Positions 1 through 9,837 of a stretch of 31,704 nt of DNA are shown one piece after another. Both the position numbers and the translations under genes were made by a program. How positions within the stretch are numbered: the stretch's first letter is position 1; each line of letters opens with the position of its first letter. Origin of the DNA: a virus (taxonomy: Duplodnaviria > Caudoviricetes). The notes beneath the pieces are model-generated. The model saw only the letters and a list, made by a program, of their open reading frames with translations. It had not been told where the DNA came from and did no database searches. The stretch spans positions 1-31,704 of IMG/VR virus record IMGVR_UViG_3300031519_000133; one strand, 5' to 3'.

Positions 1-257
1 TCATCTAAGCCTAAGATAAAATCTGGAAAATACTTATGATATTTATTATCGAGAGGATTAAAATATTTTATACAAAGGGATTCTGATGACCACCATACTA
101 TTTTAGTAGTCCTTTCGCAATACATGCAAAATTTCTTTTCCCAAGAAGATCGATAAATTATAGGTCCAGCTCCTTTATATTTAGTCGCTTCATTTAAAGG
201 GAAGTATCCCTGAAGAAATTTAGATTTTTTTGAAGGTTTGTTGTTTTTTATATTCAT
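1..257 (-). CDS. gp4: T4 gp4-like head completion nuclease (TnsA-N-like), 3' end runs off the window; missing from the ORF track
   Basis: Manual translation from ATG at 257: MNIKNNKPSKKSKFLQGYFPLNEATKYKGAGPIIYRSSWEKKFCMYCERTTKIVWWSSESLCIKYFNPLDNKYHKYFPDFILGLD. YRSSWE, WSSE and YFPDF are gp4 hallmarks. Confidence 0.9.
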   Translation of the reverse strand, partial: MNIKNNKPSKKSKFLQGYFPLNEATKYKGAGPIIYRSSWEKKFCMYCERTTKIVWWSSESLCIKYFNPLDNKYHKYFPDFILGLD

Positions 258-265
258 AAAAAATA

Positions 266-655
266 TTATTCCTCTTCACTCTTGTCTGGTTTTTCTTCTT
301 TATCTTCTTTTTTCTTAAATGGATTTGGCTTTTCAACACTAGGGTCATCTTCTAATTCTTTTCCTTTTTTTGTAGCTACGGCTACTTCTTTTTTAGAAAT
401 CTCTTCAGGTAACTCTAATACAGAAGGCGATTCGTTAGTGAATACTTTATCTCTTCCATAATCGTAAATAAATAAAAACTTTTTGTTTTTACTTACGTTA
501 ATAGTCTTATTTAAAGCATCCTCTTCAATATCATATAAATCCTTATTTATAGACGATTTCCAAATCTCCCACCATTCTGCATTTACGTCATAAACTCTAT
601 CAGTTTCTTCAGAATTTTCATTAAGCCATTCTGTGTATTTTTTTAATTTCTTCAT
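266..655 (-). CDS. Hypothetical protein with shared leader MKKLKKYTEWLNE and a highly charged C-terminus; candidate internal head protein
   Basis: ORF track; leader matches the window-wide motif; start overlaps the gp55 stop (ATGA). Confidence 0.6.
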   Translation of the reverse strand: MKKLKKYTEWLNENSEETDRVYDVNAEWWEIWKSSINKDLYDIEEDALNKTINVSKNKKFLFIYDYGRDKVFTNESPSVLELPEEISKKEVAVATKKGKELEDDPSVEKPNPFKKKEDKEEKPDKSEEE

Positions 656-1011
656 ATTGAATATATTCCTTCACTGTCACTACTAGATCCACCTTCTAGC
701 GATAAAGTTCCTTTATATTTTCCAGGATGTATTTTGTTCCATCCTTTGGCATATCCATTTTTAGCTACTTGAGTATAAAATGAAAATGCATTTTTAGTTT
801 TCCAAGGTTTAAATCTATCCCAATATTTGAATAAATCTAAAAGTGCAAACTGTATGCAATCTTCTTTATCTTGTGGATTGTTATAATATAACCTATTATT
901 AGCTCTTTCTGCTATCAAAATTAGCATATCTCTAGCTTTTATTGTTAGCTTCTTTTGCTCTAACGAAATACAAATCTCCTCGTATAATTCTTTATTTTTG
1001 ACATATGCCAT
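652..1011 (-). CDS. gp55: gp55-like late-transcription sigma factor (short, 119 aa)
   Basis: YVKNKEL N-terminus, 'EDCIQFALLDLFKYWDRFKP' and 'KNAFSFYTQ' match the gp55 family pattern (YVxNxE...FDP.K..NxFAYFTQ). Confidence 0.8.
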   Translation of the reverse strand: MAYVKNKELYEEICISLEQKKLTIKARDMLILIAERANNRLYYNNPQDKEDCIQFALLDLFKYWDRFKPWKTKNAFSFYTQVAKNGYAKGWNKIHPGKYKGTLSLEGGSSSDSEGIYSI

Positions 1012-1050
1012 AATTCTTTTACTTATTTTATGTAAAAACCTTAAGAATTA

Positions 1051-1143
1051 CTAACAGCTACAACAGCTACAGTTACATGAAGATTTACACTCACATAAGG
1101 TGCAATCACAAGATTCGTTTAGTTGAGTTTTTAAATTTTTCAT
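1051..1143 (-). CDS. Unannotated 30-aa Cys-rich metallothionein-like peptide, MKNLKTQLNESCDCTLCECKSSCNCSCCSC
   Basis: ATG at 1143-1141, 5 nt after the upstream stop; TAG at 1053-1051 followed by TAA; 9 Cys in the last 19 residues (CxC and CC); fills the apparent intergenic gap; starts with the shared ...LNE leader. Confidence 0.75.
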   Translation of the reverse strand: MKNLKTQLNESCDCTLCECKSSCNCSCCSC

Positions 1144-1148
1144 GCTGA

Positions 1149-2498
1149 TTATAAATTGTTTTCTGCTAAAATACATTCAAGTTCAGCTTTTTGTTCATTG
1201 ATTTTATCTAACAAAAATTTAGTAGCTTTAACTATTTTAGGATTGTTTTGATCCGCGTCATTTAATTTGTTTAGGTTTTCATTTAAAAACTTTATACGAG
1301 ATTCAATTTTATCGGTTTCTTTAGATATTTTTATAGTTTCGTTAGTTTCGTTTTCTAATAAACTAGAAACTGAATTAGTTATGTCATAGTTTATGAAGTC
1401 TTTAACTATTTGAATACCTTCGGATGAAGTTTCGGCTTCGATCAGTTCATTTTGTTTCATTGCATGATTAACCTTTTGTATATAAAGTTTATCACCGATT
1501 GTAAAAATATTTGCACATACACCTTCAAATAAATTAGAACTTATTCTATAGCCTAAATCAATTTCCTTGATTTTATGAGATTCTTTTATTGCTTGTTCAA
1601 TAAAAGCTATTTTATTAGTTTCATTCATTTTAACATAACCACCAGCAAATAGATGAGAATTAACATCTTCTGATTTAAGAATTTTGTTATTTAATTTAAT
1701 GACTGCCTCGTTTTCGTTAACTTCTATATCTAAAAATGATTTAGTATTTGGATATATTCGTATACCTTTAGCAGTAAATTTGCAATTCTCTGTGATTTTG
1801 TAGAGAGATATAAAATTATTAGATGGTAATTTATCACTAACCTTTAGAGATGAATCTGTATATTCTAACAGAATACCCGAAGATACGAAGCCATAAACAT
1901 TTTCAGATAAAACATCAATAGGTGAGTGTATTTTACTAATCGTGAAATTAGGATTTTCACCGCTATATTCACCTCTTTTTGTAATAGCATGTTCATGTAA
2001 TCGTTTAATCAGAGGAATCCATTTATGAGCTTCCATTTCATTAACTAAATCATTTACTTGATTATCATTCTTTGATATCTTTCTCAAAGTTTCAACTGCT
2101 GATTTGTAATATGATTTAGAATTACTAGATTCTAGATCATAAATAACCTGCTCAATTAAAATGGCTATCTCGTTTTCTTTCAAGAGCTTAGACGTCTCGT
2201 TGATGAATGTAGAAATTTGATCCATCCACTTATAAGAGCTTAGTTCATTAACTAGGCTATTTAATTTAGCTATTTTATATACTAAAATAGAGTTAGATTC
2301 AACTGAAGGTCTATCCGAGGATTTATTAAAATCTTCATTTATTTTTATTTTATCTTCGTTTATGGCTAACTCACAAAAAGATTTATAATATCGTTCTATT
2401 ATAATTTTGCTAGCATTATTTTTATCAAGATTCTCTAATAAGAATATTAGATCTTTCTTAATAGAAGCCGAATCTATTTTTTTGTTTAAAATTGACAT
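1149..2498 (-). CDS. Hypothetical 449-aa protein with C-terminal coiled coil; possibly virion or prohead-core related
   Basis: Long ORF with no catalytic motif recognised; many [ILV]NE tripeptides; downstream of a GATATATA site. Confidence 0.5.
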   Translation of the reverse strand: MSILNKKIDSASIKKDLIFLLENLDKNNASKIIIERYYKSFCELAINEDKIKINEDFNKSSDRPSVESNSILVYKIAKLNSLVNELSSYKWMDQISTFINETSKLLKENEIAILIEQVIYDLESSNSKSYYKSAVETLRKISKNDNQVNDLVNEMEAHKWIPLIKRLHEHAITKRGEYSGENPNFTISKIHSPIDVLSENVYGFVSSGILLEYTDSSLKVSDKLPSNNFISLYKITENCKFTAKGIRIYPNTKSFLDIEVNENEAVIKLNNKILKSEDVNSHLFAGGYVKMNETNKIAFIEQAIKESHKIKEIDLGYRISSNLFEGVCANIFTIGDKLYIQKVNHAMKQNELIEAETSSEGIQIVKDFINYDITNSVSSLLENETNETIKISKETDKIESRIKFLNENLNKLNDADQNNPKIVKATKFLLDKINEQKAELECILAENNL

Positions 2499-2523
2499 AT
2501 TTTATCTTTATTTGTTGTTTGTT

Positions 2524-2823
2524 TTATTTATTTGAGATTTCATCCTCTTCTAGGATTTCATTCTCTTTTGAGATTTCATCCTCTTTTAGGGTTTCATCTA
2601 TTTCAGGAATATTATTAACATCGCCAAAAATTTCAATAAGAACTTTAGACTGTCTTTCTTTATCAACTCCTATAATATTTAAGAATCTTTCAACTTCGGC
2701 TAAAGTTTTACCTTCGCTTGCTAATTTATTTACTAAAGGAAATAACGAACCTTGACCATAGTATGAGTATTGTCCAATTAGATTTTCGTTAACAAAATCC
2801 TTATACGATTTTAATTTCATCAT
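2524..2823 (-). CDS. Hypothetical protein with shared leader (M)MKLKSYKDFVNE and an acidic repeated tail
   Basis: ORF track; leader motif; GATATATA 11 nt upstream. Confidence 0.6.
   Translation of the reverse strand: MMKLKSYKDFVNENLIGQYSYYGQGSLFPLVNKLASEGKTLAEVERFLNIIGVDKERQSKVLIEIFGDVNNIPEIDETLKEDEISKENEILEEDEISNK
2531..2597. repeat. Two-copy direct repeat with a 36-nt period encoding ExL[KE]EDEIS
   Basis: tttgagatttcatcctcttctaggatttcat (2531-2561) vs tttgagatttcatcctcttttagggtttcat (2567-2597). Confidence 0.9.
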
Positions 2824-2834
2824 TATTTTTTTAT

Positions 2835-2842
2835 TATATATC
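2835..2842 (-). promoter_or_regulatory. Putative late promoter GATATATA
   Basis: Octamer recurs at gene boundaries; 11 nt upstream of the ATG at 2823. Confidence 0.65.
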
Positions 2843-2846
2843 TTAG

Positions 2847-3710
2847 TTAATATGTTCCACCTGAAGGAGGAAATTCACCTTTTACTGAAGTAGGCCAAAC
2901 CGGTCCTATAACTTGAGTATCGGATGAAGCTCCGGTTACGCCTGAAGCCGGTGGATCACCTATATTTCTACTTAATGCGGTTGATCCCATTACAAGAGGA
3001 GGTATGTATATATTAGAAACCATAGTTTCCATTCTAGCTCCAGCGAATAAGGTAGTGCCTTCTTTAAACACCGGTAAATGAGCCTGTACATCAATTGAAA
3101 ATGTCACTTTAAATTCCTTTCTATCGGTAAATCCGAATTCTATTGGCCTTTCATAAGACTGATCATCAGAGAATGTAGCTAAACAAGGTATTCTAATATA
3201 GGCAGTGTCTATTTGAAATATTTTATTTTTAAAAAAAGTTCTTATTACAGATTCTGTGCATTTTAATTGATCTAACATCGAATCCGTGTAAACTACAATA
3301 TCTAAGCTAAAAGTTATAGGCACCATAAAAGCTTCGCTATTATATGTATTAAGAGATCCATCATCTTCTTGTATTTGATGATTCATTCTAATGTATTTAT
3401 TAACAATAGATCCACCATCTACTGAAATGCTTGACAGATCTACTATACCTCTTGGTATACTATTATAAAAAGTTTCAGCTAATTTTCCTTCACTATCATA
3501 GTCTACGTTATTAAGGAAATTATTTTGTAAATACCTTTCTGTGCCTGTAGTGCTAAAATAAAAAGGAATATTGACTTTTTGTTTTTGTGAAACTTCAGTT
3601 CCTATTTGATTATACCAATATACATTGTCGTGTAGCGTAGCTAGTAAACCTATTAATATATTTCTAATAGTAACATCATCTTTATTAAAATGTAAATCGT
3701 AAACCGACAT
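2847..3710 (-). CDS. gp15: T4 gp15-like tail terminator / sheath stabilizer
   Basis: 'TIRNILIGLLATL', 'KVNIPFYF', 'IPRG' and 'VPITFSLDIVVYTDSMLDQLKCTESV' parallel gp15 motifs; size fits. Confidence 0.7.
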   Translation of the reverse strand: MSVYDLHFNKDDVTIRNILIGLLATLHDNVYWYNQIGTEVSQKQKVNIPFYFSTTGTERYLQNNFLNNVDYDSEGKLAETFYNSIPRGIVDLSSISVDGGSIVNKYIRMNHQIQEDDGSLNTYNSEAFMVPITFSLDIVVYTDSMLDQLKCTESVIRTFFKNKIFQIDTAYIRIPCLATFSDDQSYERPIEFGFTDRKEFKVTFSIDVQAHLPVFKEGTTLFAGARMETMVSNIYIPPLVMGSTALSRNIGDPPASGVTGASSDTQVIGPVWPTSVKGEFPPSGGTY

Positions 3711-3725
3711 AACTATGTTTTTTTC

Positions 3726-3733
3726 TATATATC
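3726..3733 (-). promoter_or_regulatory. Putative late promoter GATATATA
   Basis: 15 nt upstream of the gp15-like start, in a short intergenic gap. Confidence 0.65.
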
Positions 3734-3737
3734 AAAT

Positions 3738-5408
3738 TTATGATACATCCTCGATTATAATAGTGGAGAAACCTCCTTCTCTAATTGCTTCAACTCGTTT
3801 ATCAAATAATTCTAAAGGAAGTTCAGAGTGATTAATAACCCATGTATTTAAGTTATTCTCTTGAGTCGTTTCTTTAAGAATTTTTATAATTTCATAAATA
3901 CCAGAAGAATCTATTGATGAAAATATTTCATCTAAGAATAAAATATTAATTGAAGGATATCTCAACTTTAGCATTTTCAATAAAGCGATAATTATTATAA
4001 AATCTACTTTTTTTCTTTCACCAGTTGACATACTCTTTGGTCTAACCTCTTCGCCAATAGCCTTTATTATACAATCAAATTTTTCATCAAATTTTATTGT
4101 ATATGGAAGATGTATTTGATTTCCCATATTTTTAATTGATTGATTTAATGGTGGTAATATGGATTTCATAGCCATATTTTTTATACCATCCTCACCTAGT
4201 ATATTCTCTACTATCAATAAGAAATTGTCATTATTTTGATCTTTTATTTTTTTAGAATATCTATTTTTATTTTTATCTCGATTTTCTTCTATTAAATCTT
4301 TTAGATACTTTTCGTTATTTTCTTTAAGATTGTTTTGAAGTTTAACAACTTCACCTTTGTATTGATTTATTCGCATATTAGACCTAATAGAACTATCGTT
4401 TAATTCTTTTAGTTTAGTCTGGATTTTATCTAAAATATTTGAGGTCTGTTTTATTTTAGAATCTATTATTATTTTTTCTTCGGTTAGATCTAATTCCTTC
4501 TCAACCAAAGTTTCTTTTATTTTTTTATGCGAAGTTCCAGTTATATCAGAACTACATGTTGGACATTTTGAATTAGAATATAATTTCAATTTTTTATTAA
4601 TTTGAACTAATTCGCTATTAATCAAAGAAGATTCTCTTGATTTATTATCTAATACATCTTTTACTTCTATTCTTTTACTTTTTATTTTATCTAATAATAA
4701 TTCTATTGATTTCTTGCTTTCGTTTAATTCTTTTATTTTTTCTACGTACTCTTTTGCTAGTTTTATTTTATCAGACTCGTTAGTTTTTGCTAACTCTTTG
4801 ATTTTATGCTCAATAGATTCAATAGACTCTGATATTACTCGTAACTCATCGTTTATGGTTTTGATAGATATTTTTAATGATTTTCTTTCTTGCTTTACTC
4901 GGTCTCGCATTTGATTAACTATAGACAATCCAAATAATCTATCAATAATATTACGTTTATCTGAATTAGACATTGTTAAAAATGATCTAAAATCATTTAC
5001 TGATAATACTAAAATATTTTTGAATACTTGATATGGTATTTCATATATTTCTGTTTCTAGATAAGTTTGTACATTTGAATTACCTGAAGTGTCATAAGGC
5101 TCAGAGTCAATAATAACAGATAACAAACCTGGAGATATTCCTCGGGTTATCTCAATGTATTTGCCTTTAGATATCAATTTAATTCGACACCAAAGATTTT
5201 TATTTATTCTATTAACTAAATCTGATTTATTTTTATTGTCGACTTTACCGAACAAACTATATGTAATAACTTCAGATATTGTACTTTTTCCATTGCCGTT
5301 GCCGCCTAAAAGTAGATATAAACTAGGTTTATCTTTTTTGAAATTTATACTCTGTATCGTATTACCATAAGAGTTAAAATTTTTCCATTCAATCGATTGT
5401 ATATTCAT
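3738..5408 (-). CDS. gp46: gp46 / SbcC / Rad50-like recombination ATPase
   Basis: Walker A GGNGNGKST, coiled coils with CPTC zinc hook, signature MSTGE, Walker B LFLDEIFSSID, H-loop INH. Confidence 0.95.
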   Translation of the reverse strand: MNIQSIEWKNFNSYGNTIQSINFKKDKPSLYLLLGGNGNGKSTISEVITYSLFGKVDNKNKSDLVNRINKNLWCRIKLISKGKYIEITRGISPGLLSVIIDSEPYDTSGNSNVQTYLETEIYEIPYQVFKNILVLSVNDFRSFLTMSNSDKRNIIDRLFGLSIVNQMRDRVKQERKSLKISIKTINDELRVISESIESIEHKIKELAKTNESDKIKLAKEYVEKIKELNESKKSIELLLDKIKSKRIEVKDVLDNKSRESSLINSELVQINKKLKLYSNSKCPTCSSDITGTSHKKIKETLVEKELDLTEEKIIIDSKIKQTSNILDKIQTKLKELNDSSIRSNMRINQYKGEVVKLQNNLKENNEKYLKDLIEENRDKNKNRYSKKIKDQNNDNFLLIVENILGEDGIKNMAMKSILPPLNQSIKNMGNQIHLPYTIKFDEKFDCIIKAIGEEVRPKSMSTGERKKVDFIIIIALLKMLKLRYPSINILFLDEIFSSIDSSGIYEIIKILKETTQENNLNTWVINHSELPLELFDKRVEAIREGGFSTIIIEDVS

Positions 5409-5409
5409 T

Positions 5410-6516
5410 TTATTTTATTGATTCTAAATAAAGAGTATTCAATTTTTTTAGTAAATTTTTCTTAATAGCATCGTCATATGCATTTAACTCATTTACATGC
5501 TTTTTACATAAATCGTATATATTATATGTAGAGCTAGTATCTATAATAACGCTACTTTCATTATAATCCTCATCTTCGAAAGTTATTATTTCAAGTTTTT
5601 TGCATATTTTAGAAACGCCATCTATAATCGGATTAAGGTCAAACTTAACTAAATACGAAGTAGGTATATACAAATCTACTCTATTTTTTTTACATAAAGA
5701 TTTAAGTTCACTAAAAGGCTTCTCTATCCATTCGTTAATATAGACTTTTATAAATTTCGGAGAGAAATCGTTTTCTATAAACCTACTACTACCATCGTCA
5801 AAATCTAATATATACCAACCCTTTTTATTACCTAAATCAGATCTAGTCATTTGATAAGGATTCCCTATCATTGTAATATTTTCTCTTTTTTGTTGCCAAT
5901 GTATATGACCAGAATATACTTGCTTAAATTTAACTAAATCGGATTTCCCTATACCTTCATCGACCTTTCGATATTTATCAAAACTTAAATTCCTTATATT
6001 AGTATGACAAAATAAATATTCACACTTCCATGTTTCATATTCTTTTATACACGATCTTTCTTCTTTTTCGCTTGTTCTCCATGGCATAAAAAGAACTATC
6101 AATTCTCGTGAATTAGTTTTTATTGTAGCTTGTAAAGGCTCTTTAAAAATATGAACGTTAGGGATATATTTTAAAGAATCTAAAGAGGATACGTCATTTG
6201 TGGTTTTCCTCATAACATCATGATTACCTGCAATAACATATATACCATCAACAAATATTTTAGATAGTTCTTCAAATATGCTTATGCCATTATGAAGAAC
6301 TAATAAATTAACAGATTGACGGTTATCAAAAACATCTCCGCAATGAATAAGTATATCTCCTGGTTTATATTCTTTCTTTACCTTAGGTATAAAATCAAGC
6401 ATTATCCATTCATGCATCATTTCTAGCCATTCAATTGAATTTGATCTAGCTCCTAAATGAGTATCTGATAATATAAAGGCTCTGTTTGCTTTTATTATTC
6501 CGTGATTTTTAGACAT
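5410..6516 (-). CDS. gp47: gp47 / SbcD / Mre11-like nuclease
   Basis: Metallophosphoesterase motifs SDTHLG, GDVFD, GNHD, GHIH; adjacent to gp46. Confidence 0.95.
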   Translation of the reverse strand: MSKNHGIIKANRAFILSDTHLGARSNSIEWLEMMHEWIMLDFIPKVKKEYKPGDILIHCGDVFDNRQSVNLLVLHNGISIFEELSKIFVDGIYVIAGNHDVMRKTTNDVSSLDSLKYIPNVHIFKEPLQATIKTNSRELIVLFMPWRTSEKEERSCIKEYETWKCEYLFCHTNIRNLSFDKYRKVDEGIGKSDLVKFKQVYSGHIHWQQKRENITMIGNPYQMTRSDLGNKKGWYILDFDDGSSRFIENDFSPKFIKVYINEWIEKPFSELKSLCKKNRVDLYIPTSYLVKFDLNPIIDGVSKICKKLEIITFEDEDYNESSVIIDTSSTYNIYDLCKKHVNELNAYDDAIKKNLLKKLNTLYLESIK

Positions 6517-6971
6517 TAAAATAGTGGTTTTCTTGGTTTTAGATATCCTCGGTTTCTTAATTCTATTATCAATTCAGTTTTGAAAGTATTTGATAAAGAT
6601 TCATAGAATTTTTCAGGAGTTATATCAAAATATTCAGTCAATTCAGAGAATGCCTCTATTTTTGAAATTTGCTTTAGGTTTGTTATTATCAATGAATATA
6701 TTTGATTGATATCGCTTTTATTAATTTTAGGCATAGATCCAGTCTCCGTCAAGGTTACAAAGCCTTTAAATCTATCATCTCTCTCGACAAACTCTGTTAT
6801 AAGATCAAATGCTATCCTTTCGTCAATAATTTCATCTATAGGTTTATCTTTATGCTTAAGATTAAAACTACTAGGTTTATCTCGAGACTCTGTACTCATA
6901 TATTCATTATCGAATATTTTGTCTCTATAAACATCTTTTTCTTCTTCTTTATTATCTTCTTCTTCTTTCAT
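6516..6971 (-). CDS. Hypothetical protein (151 aa)
   Basis: ORF tightly coupled to gp41 and gp47; no motif recognised. Confidence 0.6.
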   Translation of the reverse strand: MKEEEDNKEEEKDVYRDKIFDNEYMSTESRDKPSSFNLKHKDKPIDEIIDERIAFDLITEFVERDDRFKGFVTLTETGSMPKINKSDINQIYSLIITNLKQISKIEAFSELTEYFDITPEKFYESLSNTFKTELIIELRNRGYLKPRKPLF

Positions 6972-6973
6972 TT

Positions 6974-8275
6974 TTATATGTTTATTACATGATCCGTTTC
7001 GGTTAATCTCATATAGCTATAATCTATTTGATATAAGCATCTACTATTTTTACCACTACCATTTCTTACTTTTAAAAGCTTTAGCCAATACTCTCTATTT
7101 ATATGCATTGAAGTGTCTTGTATAATTCCATATATAAGATCTGCCGTATGAGATAGTCCAGCAGATTCTGCAATATGACCCATTGTCAATTCAGTTGAAT
7201 CATATCCACCTCTATTTATTTGAGTTGCTGTTATAACCACCCATTCATTCCTAACAGCCATAGCCCTAAGATCTTCAGCTATTTGTTTAACTTTCATATA
7301 GGTGTTTTCTGAATTAGGATTTCTGTGATTACATAAGATGTTTATATAATCAATTACAACAACTCGTAATTTAACAGATTTTACCGTTTCTAATTCTCGT
7401 AAATAAGATTCTATTTGAGGTACCGTTGCTTGAGATGTAGGATATTCTTTAATAAATAAATTACCAGGAGGTATTATTCCATTAGATATTCGAGATAATT
7501 TATCTTTAATATAACCAGGCTTCTTGCAATTTCTTTCATATTCGCTTATTTTTATATCTAATACGTTAGCACCTATACGATGTATGAAATCCACGTCGGC
7601 CATTTCTGCGGTAATTACAGCAACATCTTCACCGGCTCTAATATAATTAGCCGCGTCGTTTGCTAGCCATATAGATTTACCAATATTTTGTTCACCAGCA
7701 TATACAATTAATGATTTATTTCTATATCCACCAGTGAATTGATCTATCCAATTATGACATGTAGTTATCTTTGAATTTATCTCAGGTATATGTGAAGATT
7801 CATCAAAAAAGCTTTTTCCTAAATCTTCGTCAAATGTTATATTATTTCTCTCATTAATAAGAGATTTGGCTTTAGAGATTATATCTCTGACGTTATTAGG
7901 TGTAACTTTTGTTGATTTAACGAATTGATATGTGTCAATAAGAGATTCATCAAAATTCTTCCATAATATCCAGCACTCAGCAGTTTCTTTGATCCATTGT
8001 TGATCGTATGAGTCGTAAGGTTCATCAAAAATAATTTCAATTAATCCATCAGTCACAGAATCTTTAAATTTATCTTGTTTTATGACTAATTTCAATTGCT
8101 CTTTAGTTGGAATCTCCTGGAATTTAGTAAAGAAAGCTTTTGTAATCTCAGTTAAAGTTTCTATTTCAGTGGAATCAAAAAATCCAGATTGTAGAGTTTT
8201 TAAATATTTTGGATTACGTCTAACGTATAAATAAAATAGTTTTTCAAAATCCGGTGTATTTATCGAAGTAGTCAT
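6974..8275 (-). CDS. gp41: gp41 / DnaB-like replicative helicase
   Basis: Walker A GEQNIGKS, ITAEM, IKEYPT, VVIDYINI, AEDLRAMAV, TATQINRGG, AESAGL. Confidence 0.95.
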   Translation of the reverse strand: MTTSINTPDFEKLFYLYVRRNPKYLKTLQSGFFDSTEIETLTEITKAFFTKFQEIPTKEQLKLVIKQDKFKDSVTDGLIEIIFDEPYDSYDQQWIKETAECWILWKNFDESLIDTYQFVKSTKVTPNNVRDIISKAKSLINERNNITFDEDLGKSFFDESSHIPEINSKITTCHNWIDQFTGGYRNKSLIVYAGEQNIGKSIWLANDAANYIRAGEDVAVITAEMADVDFIHRIGANVLDIKISEYERNCKKPGYIKDKLSRISNGIIPPGNLFIKEYPTSQATVPQIESYLRELETVKSVKLRVVVIDYINILCNHRNPNSENTYMKVKQIAEDLRAMAVRNEWVVITATQINRGGYDSTELTMGHIAESAGLSHTADLIYGIIQDTSMHINREYWLKLLKVRNGSGKNSRCLYQIDYSYMRLTETDHVINI

Positions 8276-8284
8276 TTTTATTTA

Positions 8285-8632
8285 TTATATGATTTCGTAA
8301 TAGGTTGTGAATTTTGTATTTTTGTTAATTTTTAATTGATTAGTTTCTATCAAATCTGTAATTATCTTTTCCATTGATATCTTATCGCCGTTTAATTTCT
8401 CTAAAATTTTATCATCCGGAAAAATAACTGCATTTATATCAGCTATACCTCGATATTCATGTATAAAATCATTACCGCCTTCTGCGTAATACCAATGATT
8501 AACTAGAAAGAGAAAATCTTCCTTTGTTGGAAAATCTTCTCTATCTCGATATTCACCAATTAAATATTTGATTTTTACTTGATCTCGGTAGTTTTCAATT
8601 AAATGATCGTTTTTAATTTGGTTTTTATTCAT
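8285..8632 (-). CDS. Hypothetical protein (115 aa)
   Basis: ORF between uvsX and gp41; no motif recognised. Confidence 0.55.
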   Translation of the reverse strand: MNKNQIKNDHLIENYRDQVKIKYLIGEYRDREDFPTKEDFLFLVNHWYYAEGGNDFIHEYRGIADINAVIFPDDKILEKLNGDKISMEKIITDLIETNQLKINKNTKFTTYYEII

Positions 8633-8635
8633 ATT

Positions 8636-9808
8636 TTATTCGTTTTCATCATCTAAAAAAGCTTCGATGTCATCTCCGCCGGAGACACTATAACTAAACT
8701 TCCCTAATATGCATTTTTCATTAATTTCAGTTAAAACCTCTTTAGTCCAAACTTGTGGAGTAAATAATTCGGTTGCCTTTACTCCTATTCCTAGATGTTT
8801 AACAATATATCGTTGAGCTGTATCTTTTCCTAAAAAGTACATTTTATTTCCTTCGAACTCAAATTCTTTTACATCTTTACCAGTCTCGATAGCTTTATCA
8901 GCATCTTTTTTAGATAATATATTACCTCGTTGAATTCCACAAATATCCCAATCCATATATTCTTCCATGCCTATATATGGATTCATTCCTTTATCCCAAC
9001 CTATATGAAATTTTATAGGAATAGGCTTAGAGAATCGATTTTTTAAAGTTTTAACCGTTACTATAATACCGGTTTGTAATTTACCTTCTTTCATTTTAGC
9101 TTTTGATAATGCTAGAATAACTGAAGCAGAATAAACTAACCCTCCACCGCCAGAAATATTAATCGTAGGAAACATTCCTGTTGATGCATAAGTATGATTA
9201 GTGAAAACAAAAGGTATTCCTAGTCCTGTGAGATCCGATGTGATTATTCTAAATATAGATCTAATCATTTTAGCTCTAGTCATATCTGATTTATCACTCC
9301 CAGATATTGCATCATTAACCTCTTTTGTAGTTGCGAGCATACCTAAAGAATCTAAAGCTAAGAATATTTTAGGGAGTTTATATCCTTTAGTTTTAGCCTC
9401 TATCATTTTTTTAATAAGAGTTGTAATAGAAGTTCTAAATATAGCCAAATCTGACATAGGTTGATGATCAAACCGATCAGGATCTACTCCGAATTTACTA
9501 GCGGTTTCCATATCGACAGCGCCTTCAGTGTCATAATATATTACATAATAACCTTTCTTTTGTGCCTCTCTACACATATTTAAAAGAAGAAAAGTTTTAC
9601 CACTACCAGATTCACCGGCTAAACAGATAGTTCTATTATTCGGAATACCTCCAAAAAGATCTCCGCTAAAAACTGCGTTTAAATGATAATTACCAGTGTC
9701 AACGAACTCAGTAACTTTAGAGAATTCACTTTTAGAAAGTACACTCCCGAATGGATTGATGTTTTTAAGCTCTTTCTGTATATCAGTTAGAGAAAATTCT
9801 TTTGCCAT
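8636..9808 (-). CDS. uvsX: UvsX / RecA-like recombinase
   Basis: DTGNYHLN, Walker A GESGSGKT, YDTEGA, LDSLGML, DMTRAK, TNHTY, SGGGGLVYSAS, KNRF. Confidence 0.95.
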   Translation of the reverse strand: MAKEFSLTDIQKELKNINPFGSVLSKSEFSKVTEFVDTGNYHLNAVFSGDLFGGIPNNRTICLAGESGSGKTFLLLNMCREAQKKGYYVIYYDTEGAVDMETASKFGVDPDRFDHQPMSDLAIFRTSITTLIKKMIEAKTKGYKLPKIFLALDSLGMLATTKEVNDAISGSDKSDMTRAKMIRSIFRIITSDLTGLGIPFVFTNHTYASTGMFPTINISGGGGLVYSASVILALSKAKMKEGKLQTGIIVTVKTLKNRFSKPIPIKFHIGWDKGMNPYIGMEEYMDWDICGIQRGNILSKKDADKAIETGKDVKEFEFEGNKMYFLGKDTAQRYIVKHLGIGVKATELFTPQVWTKEVLTEINEKCILGKFSYSVSGGDDIEAFLDDENE

Positions 9809-9837
9809 AATTTTTATTTATTTTTTATATGATGGTT

